A program made the position numbers and the translations under genes. A stretch of 64,000 nt of DNA, from NCBI GenBank assembly GCA_963664815.2, contig CAXXHB010000003.1:928001-992000 (forward strand). Reading direction: 5' to 3'. The notes below the pieces were generated by a model. It saw only the letters and a program-made list of their open reading frames with translations, was not told the DNA's origin and searched no databases. Each line of letters starts with the position of its first letter. The stretch's first letter is position 1. This DNA comes from Spirochaetota bacterium (GTDB lineage: Bacteria > Spirochaetota > UBA4802 > UBA5550). Shown piece by piece: positions 30,536 to 40,197 of this stretch.

Positions 30536-32174
30536 ACTTTTCCAGCAGCAGTTCAACTTTTCTATCCAGACTATAATAACGGATTCCTTTTTTTCGTGAG
30601 GATGACTGAGTTTCGCCAAACCATTTAACGGTTATACGCTCTCCAGGGATATCAAGTGATTTTATAAAACCGGCAACATTGTTTGCGCGCTTCATGCTGA
30701 GTTTTTCATTATAAACAGCTGAACCTTCAGGATCCGAATATCCTGATATTTCAACCCTGAACTCCGGGTTACCGCGCATAAACTCGACAATTCCGTGCAG
30801 AACAGGTATATATTCAGCCTGGACTTCATCGGAATTAAATTTAAAATAAACAGTTTTTAACGATGACTGGAAGGATTTTACAGATAGTTCACTGTCGGCA
30901 GATGATTTAATCTCTGCATCTGCACATGAAGTTTTTTTCTGGGATGATGATGTTTTAACAAAATAAACAGTAATATTCTGAATTTTCCCGGGTGCTACAT
31001 GAATTTTTACACTGCAGCCGGTATAGATTTTTGAGAGTGGTTCAATCAGGACAGAATCAACATCGTCTTTCGGGCTCAATGTGAAGACACCCCTGTTGCT
31101 GCTTTTAACCTCAGTTGTTCTGAGAATCACTGATTTGTTTTCTCTTTCCTCCATGAGGATAATCCTGAAAGGGGTCTTTTTTATCAGTTTTTTGTTGTTT
31201 TTATTAATAATCTTTATATGAAGTAATGTCGGTGGTTTTTTAGCAATATTCTGTGTCAGCTTGGCAGTTGTTGATTTCTCCGCCGGTATCGATGAATAAA
31301 GGTCAAATTTGCCAAGACCTCCGGCTCTGTTCGAGCAGATCATGGAGTTTAACTTTGATTCGGAATAATACATATCATCATATGCGGAATTTATACCTTC
31401 ACCGGCATTAACCGGTTTTGAAAATTTTTTACCTGTCATGGTTGTATAATAAATATCCCATCCGCCGAAGCCCCCCGGTTTTCTTGATGCGAAATAATAC
31501 CTGCCCGATCTGTAGGATGGTCTGAAACCGATTTCGCAGTTACCTGTATTTATTGATTCCGGTAGTTCTTTAACGCCGGTAAACGCGCCATTTTCAAGTT
31601 TTGCGGAATAAATTCTAGATTTACCGGGACTGTTATACGGCCATCTGGTGAAATAGAGTGTTTTCCCGTCAGAACTGAGTCCGGGTGCTCTCTCATTCAT
31701 ATTGGTGTTTACTGTCCCCTTCAGAAGCTCAGGTTTGCTCCATTTACCATCAATCAGTCTTGATATGTAAATATCAAAGGTAATCCTCTTTTTACCGTCA
31801 GAAGTCGCAGGTGGTGAAAAGCCGCCGGGTCTGTCTGATGCAAACAGAATTGTTTTCCCGTCTGCTGAGATAAAGGGTGTCTCTTCATTTGAATCGGAAT
31901 TCAACTCAAAAACCGGGTATGGGTCTCCCCATAGTCCGTTTTTATTCTTACACATGAATATCTTGTGAGAGTTTTCCTGCGGCATCTTCGAATTGAAAAC
32001 GGCAGTACTTCCATCTTCAGTCAGAGATGGTGCATAATCGTCACCTTCAGTGTTGATTCTCACAGTCAGGTTATAAAAGCGGGCAGTTTTCTCAGAGTAT
32101 GCCATTGTAAAAATAAGTGCAAAAGCTGCAGCGGTTATAAGAGGCATAAGTTTTATTTTTATATATTTAGTCAT
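30534..32174 (-). CDS. PD40 beta-propeller + OmpA C-terminal domain protein
   Basis: Repeated PFISADGKTILFASDRPGG-type blades; VYFKFNS..ISGYSD.EGS..YNEKLSMKRA..RKVE. Confidence 0.92.
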   Translation of the reverse strand: MTKYIKIKLMPLITAAAFALIFTMAYSEKTARFYNLTVRINTEGDDYAPSLTEDGSTAVFNSKMPQENSHKIFMCKNKNGLWGDPYPVFELNSDSNEETPFISADGKTILFASDRPGGFSPPATSDGKKRITFDIYISRLIDGKWSKPELLKGTVNTNMNERAPGLSSDGKTLYFTRWPYNSPGKSRIYSAKLENGAFTGVKELPESINTGNCEIGFRPSYRSGRYYFASRKPGGFGGWDIYYTTMTGKKFSKPVNAGEGINSAYDDMYYSESKLNSMICSNRAGGLGKFDLYSSIPAEKSTTAKLTQNIAKKPPTLLHIKIINKNNKKLIKKTPFRIILMEERENKSVILRTTEVKSSNRGVFTLSPKDDVDSVLIEPLSKIYTGCSVKIHVAPGKIQNITVYFVKTSSSQKKTSCADAEIKSSADSELSVKSFQSSLKTVYFKFNSDEVQAEYIPVLHGIVEFMRGNPEFRVEISGYSDPEGSAVYNEKLSMKRANNVAGFIKSLDIPGERITVKWFGETQSSSRKKGIRYYSLDRKVELLLEK

Positions 32175-32409
32175 CTTTTATGATTACTCCATGATAATTG
32201 CTTATATTGTCATACAATCAGTTAGAAGCAGTAATTTTATTTCACTCCCGTGATGGCAGCTTATCTGCATCCGTGAAGTTGTTGTATCAGTTCATCAGCG
32301 TCTTTAAGTATGTTTGAGTGGATGTAATATCTGAAAAATATTCACTCCTTATAAAATTATGTTTAAAACAGACAATGTAAACTATTAAATGTATCGGAAA
32401 ATTAATAAT

Positions 32410-32436
32410 TTAACTTTGCGGTAAAAATATCGATAA
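32410..32436 (+). promoter_or_regulatory. Possible sigma28 (FliA) promoter
   Basis: TTAACTTT-N11-ATCGATAA versus consensus TAAAGTTT-N11-GCCGATAA; ends 25 bp before the start codon. Confidence 0.35.
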
Positions 32437-32461
32437 TAAAAATAATAAGCGGAGGATAGAG

Positions 32462-33277
32462 ATGCGTGTTAATATAAATTATTATATATTTCCTGTGATT
32501 CTTGTAATTATATTAAGCGGTTTGCTCTATGGTCGTGAAAGTTATGAAGATTATATGGAAAAGAATAATAAAAAGAATTATAATAAAGATATAGAAATAA
32601 AACGCGATAAACCTCTCTCTGAGATAAATCCGGATGACAGGGAGGAACTCCTTGATGAATTGCGGGGGGCTGTACGAGAAGAACTTGATCAGAGTATTAA
32701 AAATGAAAATGGTGATAAAAATAAGAAAATAAATCAGAACAAGCTTGTCGATGAAGTCAGAACTATTATTAAAGAAGAGATAGAAGATGCCATAAAAATA
32801 AAGCAGAATAAATACCTGAGGAGATACACCATAGAATTGGGCGGTTTTGTTTCCTACCAGGCAAAAGGTGTGGATTCAGATGAAAAGGATAATAATAATA
32901 TTCTTAAAGTGTTTCCGCAGTTTTCATTTTTTGTACACAGTAATGTTGCACTGGCATTAAAGGGTGAGGCGGAGTTTAACCTTACAAATAATACAACGGC
33001 GTATTCCGGAGGAGCTGGTCCGCAGTTTATATTCGGTTTAACAAAAAAGGATGATATATGTTTTTACGCCGATATTATGGGAGGCGTAAGCAGAAATTCG
33101 GAATTAAGTAAAAAATTAGGATACAGGTATTCAAACGGTCTTGGTCTTAAATTTGTGATGAACAGCGGAGTGATTTTAAGCGCCGGAGTTCAGATTGTCT
33201 TTGATAACCTTGGTGAGAATGTAACAGGTTTTCAGAATGTTATAGTTCCTACTCTTGGTATAACAGCATGGTTTTAG
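32462..33277 (+). CDS. Outer-membrane beta-barrel protein with an N-terminal charged helical region
   Basis: Signal peptide, duplicated ELLDELRGAVREEL/KLVDEVRTIIKEEI helices, about 8 amphipathic strands, terminal LGITAWF. Confidence 0.75.
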   Translation: MRVNINYYIFPVILVIILSGLLYGRESYEDYMEKNNKKNYNKDIEIKRDKPLSEINPDDREELLDELRGAVREELDQSIKNENGDKNKKINQNKLVDEVRTIIKEEIEDAIKIKQNKYLRRYTIELGGFVSYQAKGVDSDEKDNNNILKVFPQFSFFVHSNVALALKGEAEFNLTNNTTAYSGGAGPQFIFGLTKKDDICFYADIMGGVSRNSELSKKLGYRYSNGLGLKFVMNSGVILSAGVQIVFDNLGENVTGFQNVIVPTLGITAWF

Positions 33278-33289
33278 GGGGGGAGTCTT

Positions 33290-34258
33290 TTGTCGAAAGG
33301 GAGGTATAGTGAACAGGATTTAAACAAGGTCAATGATTTTGTAGATCATCTTCTCTCTAATCCCGGAATTAAATCGGAACCTCTTCTTATAGGAGAGGGT
33401 ATGATTATGAATTTTCTTGTACAGAACCTGCCTCAACTGAAGATAACCTTTAAAAACAGCCAGTTTTTTCCACACCTTGAATGGAACCAGGTGCTTGAAA
33501 TGATTTTTGATAATCTCTACGGGAGGGTTTCCGGAACAGTTCTCCCGGTTATAAACCGGTTTATTGATAATGCAGATTTTAAGTTTTTTGATAAGCTTTC
33601 AGGTACAGGCACCGTTGCTGATAAATTCCGGAGAGAAAAGATTCATGAATTTGTTCAGATGGTCTTCAGAAACCGCGATTCAAGATTTAATATGAACAGT
33701 TCGATAAATATTTTTACTTATGAAATTATAGAAAAATATGCGGGTGAGATTTTTAAGAGGAGAGATTTTCTCTTCAATGAACTGGTGAGAGTTCAGAAGA
33801 CAAATATCGAATCAGGTGAGTATATAGTTTTTTTAAAAACAATGGTTCTGGTAAGGAATATTGTATTCATGCGGCTGAATCTCAATTCTTCAAATCCTGA
33901 ATCTAAAATATGTATAAACGATATCGGCAGGAATAAAAAAAATATTCAATCGTATACTGATATAATTGTAAAATATTTAATGCCGCTTCTTCCCGGCTTT
34001 CCGGAGAAGCTTATCCGGCTTGCTGTAAAATCAAATTACTCCGCAGATTTAACCGAGCAGGATGAACCATCTTCAAAACTTGTATATATTTTCAGCGCGA
34101 GGTTCCAGAATTATAAACATATTGCCAGGATTGAAAGAGGAGCTGAACCGCCCGATAAAAGCTGGTTCGGGATAGCCCGAAAAAACGCCGATCATTTCGG
34201 ATATGACAGGAGAATACTTGAAGCTTTATACCTTATAGCCGGAGATAATAACTGGTGA
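33290..34258 (+). CDS. Conserved hypothetical cytoplasmic protein (spirochaete-type)
   Basis: 322-aa ORF, C-terminal ERGAEPPDKSWFGIARKNA..FGYD..L..LY.IA..NNW; translationally coupled to the next gene. Confidence 0.75.
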   Translation: MSKGRYSEQDLNKVNDFVDHLLSNPGIKSEPLLIGEGMIMNFLVQNLPQLKITFKNSQFFPHLEWNQVLEMIFDNLYGRVSGTVLPVINRFIDNADFKFFDKLSGTGTVADKFRREKIHEFVQMVFRNRDSRFNMNSSINIFTYEIIEKYAGEIFKRRDFLFNELVRVQKTNIESGEYIVFLKTMVLVRNIVFMRLNLNSSNPESKICINDIGRNKKNIQSYTDIIVKYLMPLLPGFPEKLIRLAVKSNYSADLTEQDEPSSKLVYIFSARFQNYKHIARIERGAEPPDKSWFGIARKNADHFGYDRRILEALYLIAGDNNW

Positions 34259-35376
34259 TTGAAATGAAAAAATTTTTTGAGACATTTATTCTCACAGCGA
34301 TAATTCTTGTAATAATTCAGACGTTTCTTGATGAGTACAGCAGATATGCCCATTGGAGCGTATTATCTAGAAATGTTCTCCTTGTGTCAGGTTTCTGTTT
34401 CGATTTAATTTTTTCAATTGAGTTTACCGTAAGGTCGGTTTACAATGGCAGAAGGGATAAATTTATATCATACATTAAATATGAAAGAGGGTGGGTGGAT
34501 TTTATCAGTTCATTCCCTCTGCTGTTACTCGATTCTGGCCCCTCCCTGTTTTTTCTTCTGATGGTTGATGCGCATTCCGGTGCCGGAATAATCGGGGCAA
34601 TGAATGTTTTAAAAGTTGTAAAGGCTGTAAGAATTACAAGGATACTGAGACTGGTACGGGTAATTAAAATCTTCGGGAAAATTCACAATGCAGAATCAAA
34701 AATGGCGCAGCATCATACTGCGACTATCACTACAACTGCTGTATTTACCGTTGTATCTGTACTTCTTCTTTTCACGCTGATTTTCGGCACAACTTCATCT
34801 CACCTGTCAAAAGAACGCTCTGAAGAATATACAAACCTTATAGACGGTATTAAAAGAATATCTGATATGAACAGCCTGAATTTCAGGGAGTCATCCGAAG
34901 GGATTCTTATGTCAGACAGGAACATCCTGAAAATTATTTATTCCGGAGATACGGTAATTGAAAAAATTTCAGGGGCGGAGTTTAAAAAATATTATGATGA
35001 AGAGGATTACATCTCAATAACAGGTAAAGCCTGTACTCTTCTGGTTTCCATAACGGATATAAACAGGGAGATTGCACTTGAACATATGGAAAATTTTCTG
35101 GTGATAATATTTATTGTTCTTTCGTTCATGGTTATCTATACAAAACATTTTGTTCAGAATATTTCTGATGTTGTACATATTCTCAATCTTGGTTTCAGAA
35201 AAAAGGATTACAATCTTATGGTAAGGATCCCTGAAGAGAAGAGCGATCACGAAGTTTTCAGACTGGCAAAATTTTACAATGAGGCATACCTGCCGGCAAA
35301 GATGAAGAAAAATAATAACGAAGCCGGAAATATCAATAAATCCCTCTCTATGAAAGATTTGATGAATTTCAGATAA
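34255..35376 (+). CDS. Voltage-sensor (S1-S4) domain protein without a pore, plus TM-periplasmic-TM and HAMP-like tail
   Basis: S2 DLIFSIEFTVR, S3 GWVDFISSFP, S4 KVVKAVRITRILRLVRVIK; no GYG filter; tail ..DYNLMVRI..DHEVFRLAKFYNE. Confidence 0.8.
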   Translation: MIEMKKFFETFILTAIILVIIQTFLDEYSRYAHWSVLSRNVLLVSGFCFDLIFSIEFTVRSVYNGRRDKFISYIKYERGWVDFISSFPLLLLDSGPSLFFLLMVDAHSGAGIIGAMNVLKVVKAVRITRILRLVRVIKIFGKIHNAESKMAQHHTATITTTAVFTVVSVLLLFTLIFGTTSSHLSKERSEEYTNLIDGIKRISDMNSLNFRESSEGILMSDRNILKIIYSGDTVIEKISGAEFKKYYDEEDYISITGKACTLLVSITDINREIALEHMENFLVIIFIVLSFMVIYTKHFVQNISDVVHILNLGFRKKDYNLMVRIPEEKSDHEVFRLAKFYNEAYLPAKMKKNNNEAGNINKSLSMKDLMNFR

Positions 35377-35422
35377 GCAAGCAGCATCTGTACAAGTCCA
35401 TACGGTTACAAAGAGTGTGAGA

Positions 35423-36367
35423 TTATGTTCTGTCTTCGATAATTTTCAGTGATGAAGTTTCAGAGGCGATAGGCTGGGAGGAGTTTTTAAAAATGATTAT
35501 AATTTCCGTGCGGTGGTCTTTTTTTATTATAAAATAATATTCGCCTGAAAGTTTCCTTACAAGGTCAAGTCCTCTTCCCGATTCGGATATCATTTCACTT
35601 ATATCAGCTCCGGTTTCTATTGATTCTTCAATAAGCATATTCTGCTTTATTACATTGTTGAGGCTTTCAAGAATTTTGTCTTTGGAAAGCTTCCCGTTGG
35701 AGTCGATAATTGATATTGCATACGAATCACTTGTATAGCAGAACTGAATATCAACAAATTTATCCTCAGGCAGTTCAACGGGAATTCTGTCCAGTTTTTC
35801 CCTGGTAAAACCGTGAGAATGATAAACCGCGTTAATAACCATTTCGTTGAGGATAAGGCCAAGTGTAGTGCTGCTCTGTATTGTGCAGTTCCAGCTTAAA
35901 ATCTGTTCAATAATAAGTTCAATCGCCCTGTTTATCTGGTGAGATTTTTTTACTTTCATTCTCTTAATCTCTTTTATATTTTCCAGATAGTTGTTTAGTC
36001 CGAAGATATTTTTACGGGTGATCAGTTTTTCTGAAAGATTAAGTATTTCAGCTGAATTTACAGGTTTATGAAGCACATTCCCGATACCCTGCTGAAAAAT
36101 TCTGTTGAAGAATTGGTCAATATTTTTATCAGTTACCATTATCATCGGTACATAGGAATAATTCTCTTTTACATATTCATACAAATCAAAAGCATTATCT
36201 CCTGGTAATTCAACTTCTGAGATTACAAGGTCAAAATCGTATGCTTTAAGTTTGGAAATGGCATCAAATGCCGAATCACAGGAGACAGATTTGTATCCGT
36301 TTTCTGCGAATATTTTTTGCAGGATATCCTTGTAAGGCGATAAGTCGGCTATTAAAATATTATACAT
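35423..36367 (-). CDS. Receiver domain + HATPase_c (anti-sigma kinase-like) protein
   Basis: N-terminal REC fold (DLVISEVELP, LHKPV); NEMVINA, IIDSNG and SGRGL ATP-lid motifs. Confidence 0.8.
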   Translation of the reverse strand: MYNILIADLSPYKDILQKIFAENGYKSVSCDSAFDAISKLKAYDFDLVISEVELPGDNAFDLYEYVKENYSYVPMIMVTDKNIDQFFNRIFQQGIGNVLHKPVNSAEILNLSEKLITRKNIFGLNNYLENIKEIKRMKVKKSHQINRAIELIIEQILSWNCTIQSSTTLGLILNEMVINAVYHSHGFTREKLDRIPVELPEDKFVDIQFCYTSDSYAISIIDSNGKLSKDKILESLNNVIKQNMLIEESIETGADISEMISESGRGLDLVRKLSGEYYFIIKKDHRTEIIIIFKNSSQPIASETSSLKIIEDRT

Positions 36368-36700
36368 TTATGCCCTGATCAGAGTAGGATAAACTTTGTA
36401 TAGTTTTTATACTTATTATTTTTAATCAAGCAAAATGTATCTATTGGCAGAAAATAATCCTGAACAGGCTTTACAAAATAAAATCCCATAAGGAAAGGAA
36501 ATATTTAGTTCAAAATAGGGGTTTATTGGTGAGTTTTTTATAATATTTATATGATAATTATTGAAATATCTGCCGGAAATTTTAAAAAAAGCCGATATTC
36601 AAGAGAGAAAAGGTGATGGATAATATCATTGAAAATGAATTGTTCCAATACTCTCAATATTAACTGATAATATTATTCGGAAAATATATCTGGAGGATTT

Positions 36701-37411
36701 ATGAAAAAGATTTGTGCAGCTCTGTTGGTTTTAATAATTCCGATATTGCTTACTGCTCAGGATGTCAAGGAAAACAAGGACAAAAAAGAAACTCTCTCAT
36801 CAAAGGCTATAGAAGAAAAGGGACAGGCTTTTGACAAGCAGATTCTGGAACTGAATAAAAATATCCAGAGTGTAATTGCCAATGCAAATTTAATGTCGGA
36901 AAAAGGAATAAAAACACTTCCGTATCAGACAGAAATCCACTTTGGCCCTGATAAGGAAAGCCCTAAATATATTGAGGTTGTAAAGCATGTATACATTAAA
37001 AATGGCATGTTCAGCACGGCACCGGTAGGATTTGAAGAGAAGATTTTAAGAATTTATTCAGACGGAAAGACCGTCAGCCAGCTTGAAACAATAGTAAGGA
37101 AAAAGAATTTTAAAAGCGAAGATGAGGAGATTGTAACAGTACTCGATCCATCCCCAGCTTCTGAAGATACTGAGGATGTGGTGATAACTCATACCCTGAA
37201 CAAGAAAAAAATAATAGATCAGAAAAAACTTGGAACTGTGTTGAACAATGCTGATTCGCCTATCAAGAACGAGATTAAATCAGAATTTATAATTCCGAAT
37301 CTGACTATTTTACACAAAAACCTTCTTTTTATAACTGAGTCTAATATTAAAAGTGCAAAAGATGTTGATGCAAATGCATCGGAATTTCTCAAGAAGTCGA
37401 CTTTATACTGA
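36701..37411 (+). CDS. Exported protein, probable homologue of Leptospira flagellar coiling protein FcpB
   Basis: Signal peptide; collinear blocks FDKQILELN, LPYQT, ILRIYSDG, VLDPSP, PIKNEIKSEF and LKKSTLY recall FcpB (from memory). Confidence 0.65.
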   Translation: MKKICAALLVLIIPILLTAQDVKENKDKKETLSSKAIEEKGQAFDKQILELNKNIQSVIANANLMSEKGIKTLPYQTEIHFGPDKESPKYIEVVKHVYIKNGMFSTAPVGFEEKILRIYSDGKTVSQLETIVRKKNFKSEDEEIVTVLDPSPASEDTEDVVITHTLNKKKIIDQKKLGTVLNNADSPIKNEIKSEFIIPNLTILHKNLLFITESNIKSAKDVDANASEFLKKSTLY

Positions 37412-37433
37412 AGCTGATTCTTTATAAAAAGGT

Positions 37434-37465
37434 AAGGGGCTGACTGGAAAGACAGCCCCTTTTTT
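37434..37465 (+). terminator. Intrinsic terminator (probably bidirectional)
   Basis: aaggggctg..cagcccctt plus T-run between convergent genes. Confidence 0.85.
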
Positions 37466-37520
37466 GTTCCCAGAAGTTATTTATTCGGGCTCTTTTAAAG
37501 TTAATAACAACGTTGTGCTT

Positions 37521-38471
37521 TTAAAGCACATTTTCTGCAGTTGCTATTACCGGCTGGCTCAGAAAACCCTGAATTATGCGGTTAACAGCCTCATCGTATG
37601 TAAGCCCCAGACTCATAAGCTTTATAAGCTGGTCGCTTGCGATCTTGCCTATTGAGGCTTCATGTGTCAGCTCTGCGTCAGGGTGATGCGCCTTGAGTGC
37701 CGGGATTGTTTCATTTGTTCCATTATCCATGATTATGGCATCACATTCAATATGTCCGAAACACGCAGCCAGCGCATCTATCGTCGCGTAGAAGTTCTGC
37801 TTTGAATTACCCTTTATAACAGAACGTGAAATCATATTTGCCCTGCTGCCGGTACCGGAGAGAATTATATCGGTTTTCGATACCGCGGTCTGACTGAAGT
37901 CAGTAAGAACCTTCTCGGTGATCAGCAGCATGCTGCCGTCGCCAAGCGTAGCCTCGTTTGCACGATCCGCTTCATCAACGCCGCCAATCTGGGTCAGTTC
38001 CATCTCCATCTGCGCATCTTTATCCAGAAAAACCTTAGTAACGGGATTAAGTGACCGTTTACCTTTTCCAGATCCTGTGGCGTAGTGCTTTTCTATATAT
38101 TTCACGCTGGCATTTCTTCCTACATGAAATTCATGTATGCCGGAATGACCCTCAGCCTCAGCTCCTCCGCAGTGAATACCGCATCCGGCAATGATTGTCA
38201 CATCGGAATCCTCACCAATAATGAAACTGTTGTAAACAACATCATGCAGCCCGGCCTGGCTCAGAATAACGGGTATATGAACAGACTCATTTCTAGTCCC
38301 CGGCATGATAGTCACTGTTATGCCTGTACCTTCGGCATTGCTCTCTATATTGATATTTGCCGTGGTTTCACGTGAAAGCAGCTTGCCGTTTTTTCGTATA
38401 TTATAGGCTCCCCGCGGGAGACTGTCCAGATCCGCAACTGCCTTAAGCAATGATTTATCTAAAGCATCCAT
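37521..38471 (-). CDS. SufB/SufD-family Fe-S scaffold (SmsB-like)
   Basis: VHIPV, IAGCG, beta-helix, GHIECDAI, LTHEASIGKI..LMSLGL. Confidence 0.9.
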   Translation of the reverse strand: MDALDKSLLKAVADLDSLPRGAYNIRKNGKLLSRETTANINIESNAEGTGITVTIMPGTRNESVHIPVILSQAGLHDVVYNSFIIGEDSDVTIIAGCGIHCGGAEAEGHSGIHEFHVGRNASVKYIEKHYATGSGKGKRSLNPVTKVFLDKDAQMEMELTQIGGVDEADRANEATLGDGSMLLITEKVLTDFSQTAVSKTDIILSGTGSRANMISRSVIKGNSKQNFYATIDALAACFGHIECDAIIMDNGTNETIPALKAHHPDAELTHEASIGKIASDQLIKLMSLGLTYDEAVNRIIQGFLSQPVIATAENVL

Positions 38472-39213
38472 TGTATGTCTCCTCTCCGCAGGTTCTGTAT
38501 TCGCATATGCTGAGATCATTGAGCAGCGGGCTGGCTCCTTCCAGATCTCCCTGATAGACGATTCTCCCTTCCCGTATCACAATGATAACGTCTGCTACCT
38601 CGAGAAATGCCCTGTTATGGCTTACTACTATAGTCGTGGTGCCGTGATATTCCTGCTCTCTCTTAAGCAGGTTGACCATGGGATCAATTGTCCAGAGATC
38701 GATCCCAGTATCAGGTTCATCGTAAATGGCAAGTCCGGGATTCCGCGCAATTGTAGTTGCCATCTCTATCTTCTTAATCTCCCCCCCTGAAAGCTTGGAA
38801 TCGACTGCTCTGTCAAGAAAGGAGAGCGAGCAGAGCCCGACTCTTTTCAGTATTCCGAGTAGTCTGGCTTCGTCATCGCTACCGGAGGCTATTGAAAGGA
38901 GGTCCCTGAAGGTAATCCCTTTAAAACGGGCCGGATGCTGCAGGCTGAATGCAATGCCGGCCTTTGCCCTGTCGGTAATTGACAGATCTGTAATGTCATT
39001 ACCATCCAGGATTATCTTCCCGGAAGTGGCACGGTTTATACCCATTATCAGTTTTGAAAGAGTTGTCTTTCCACTGCCGTTAGGTCCTGTGATAGTGTAA
39101 AATTTCCCGGTTTCAAACCTGAAATTAATACCGTTTATAATATCATGTTTCCTGAATCCCGCTCCCGGCTCATGCATGTCTACCGAGAAGGTGATATCTT
39201 TCAGCTCAAGCAT
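38455..39213 (-). CDS. SufC-like ABC ATPase (SmsC-like)
   Basis: GPNGSGKT, LSGGEIKKIE, DEPDTGID, C-terminal C-x4-C-x7-C; overlaps the sufB-like gene. Confidence 0.88.
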   Translation of the reverse strand: MLELKDITFSVDMHEPGAGFRKHDIINGINFRFETGKFYTITGPNGSGKTTLSKLIMGINRATSGKIILDGNDITDLSITDRAKAGIAFSLQHPARFKGITFRDLLSIASGSDDEARLLGILKRVGLCSLSFLDRAVDSKLSGGEIKKIEMATTIARNPGLAIYDEPDTGIDLWTIDPMVNLLKREQEYHGTTTIVVSHNRAFLEVADVIIVIREGRIVYQGDLEGASPLLNDLSICEYRTCGEETYNGCFR

Positions 39214-39412
39214 TAGCAGCCTCCTGATCTAAGAACTATATAGATGACACTGAATTTATGCGAAACTAAAAGTCAATGGTTATTCTCACCGATATGGTCT
39301 AATAAACCTGAATAGATAAAAGAAATAACCGGATAATTCATCTGTCCTTTTATTAAATGAGATGTAATACAAAGATTTTCAACTTGGAATTTCCTGCCTG
39401 TAAGCTGGATTT

Positions 39413-40033
39413 TTATCTATCTGTGATTGCCAGCTTTACTCCGAAAAAACCTATTACAAGAGCAAATGATTTTTTCATATAGCTTATCGCTTTCGGTGAA
39501 CCAATTATATATCCCCGGACACCATTTGCCAGAAGACCGTAAATAATAAAGACAACAAGCGTCATTATCATAAAAACTCCGCTTAATTTGAACAACTGCA
39601 AAACCGGGGATTTCGAGGCGGATGAAACAAACAGCGGGAGAAATGTTAAAAAGAATATTGTCAGCTTGGGATTCAGTATGTTGATAAGTATACCTTTTAC
39701 AGCGATTCCGGTTAATCCTCTCTTTTCATTATTCATCCCGAGTGCAAGTTCTTCATTATCGTTCCACATTGACCATGCAAGAAATATAAGATATGCCGCA
39801 CCGGCAAATTTTATTATCTGAAAAGCCATAGCGCTCATATGAAGAATGGCAGACAATCCAAGGATGCTTGCAAGCAGGTGCGGTATAATTCCTGCCGTAC
39901 AGCCAAAAGCAGCAGCGATTCCTCCGCGCCATCCCGTGGTGATACCTGTAGTTACAGTGTAGACAACACCTGTCCCGGGAATAAGCACTACAATCAATGC
40001 AGTGATGCAGAATTCAGCAGTTATCATTTTCAT
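39413..40033 (-). CDS. LysE family translocator
   Basis: IPGTG, GAAYL, NILNPK motifs; 6 TM. Confidence 0.92.
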   Translation of the reverse strand: MKMITAEFCITALIVVLIPGTGVVYTVTTGITTGWRGGIAAAFGCTAGIIPHLLASILGLSAILHMSAMAFQIIKFAGAAYLIFLAWSMWNDNEELALGMNNEKRGLTGIAVKGILINILNPKLTIFFLTFLPLFVSSASKSPVLQLFKLSGVFMIMTLVVFIIYGLLANGVRGYIIGSPKAISYMKKSFALVIGFFGVKLAITDR

Positions 40034-40197
40034 CTCCTTATCGGGTTAATGTTTATCCGGAAATCTCTAATTTCTTAATTTCACTTTTATCAAAATGTAT
40101 TCCGGATGTCTACGATATAAGTATCTGTCATTTCTAATATTGAAAAGTTTTTTAATAGAAGTTGATAACATAATTGAATGTTTGTACATATAATTAT

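Noticed and set aside
36572-36598. sigma28 promoter for the FcpB-like gene
   Set aside because: GCCGATAT is a good -10 match, but there is no TAAA-like -35 at the right spacing.
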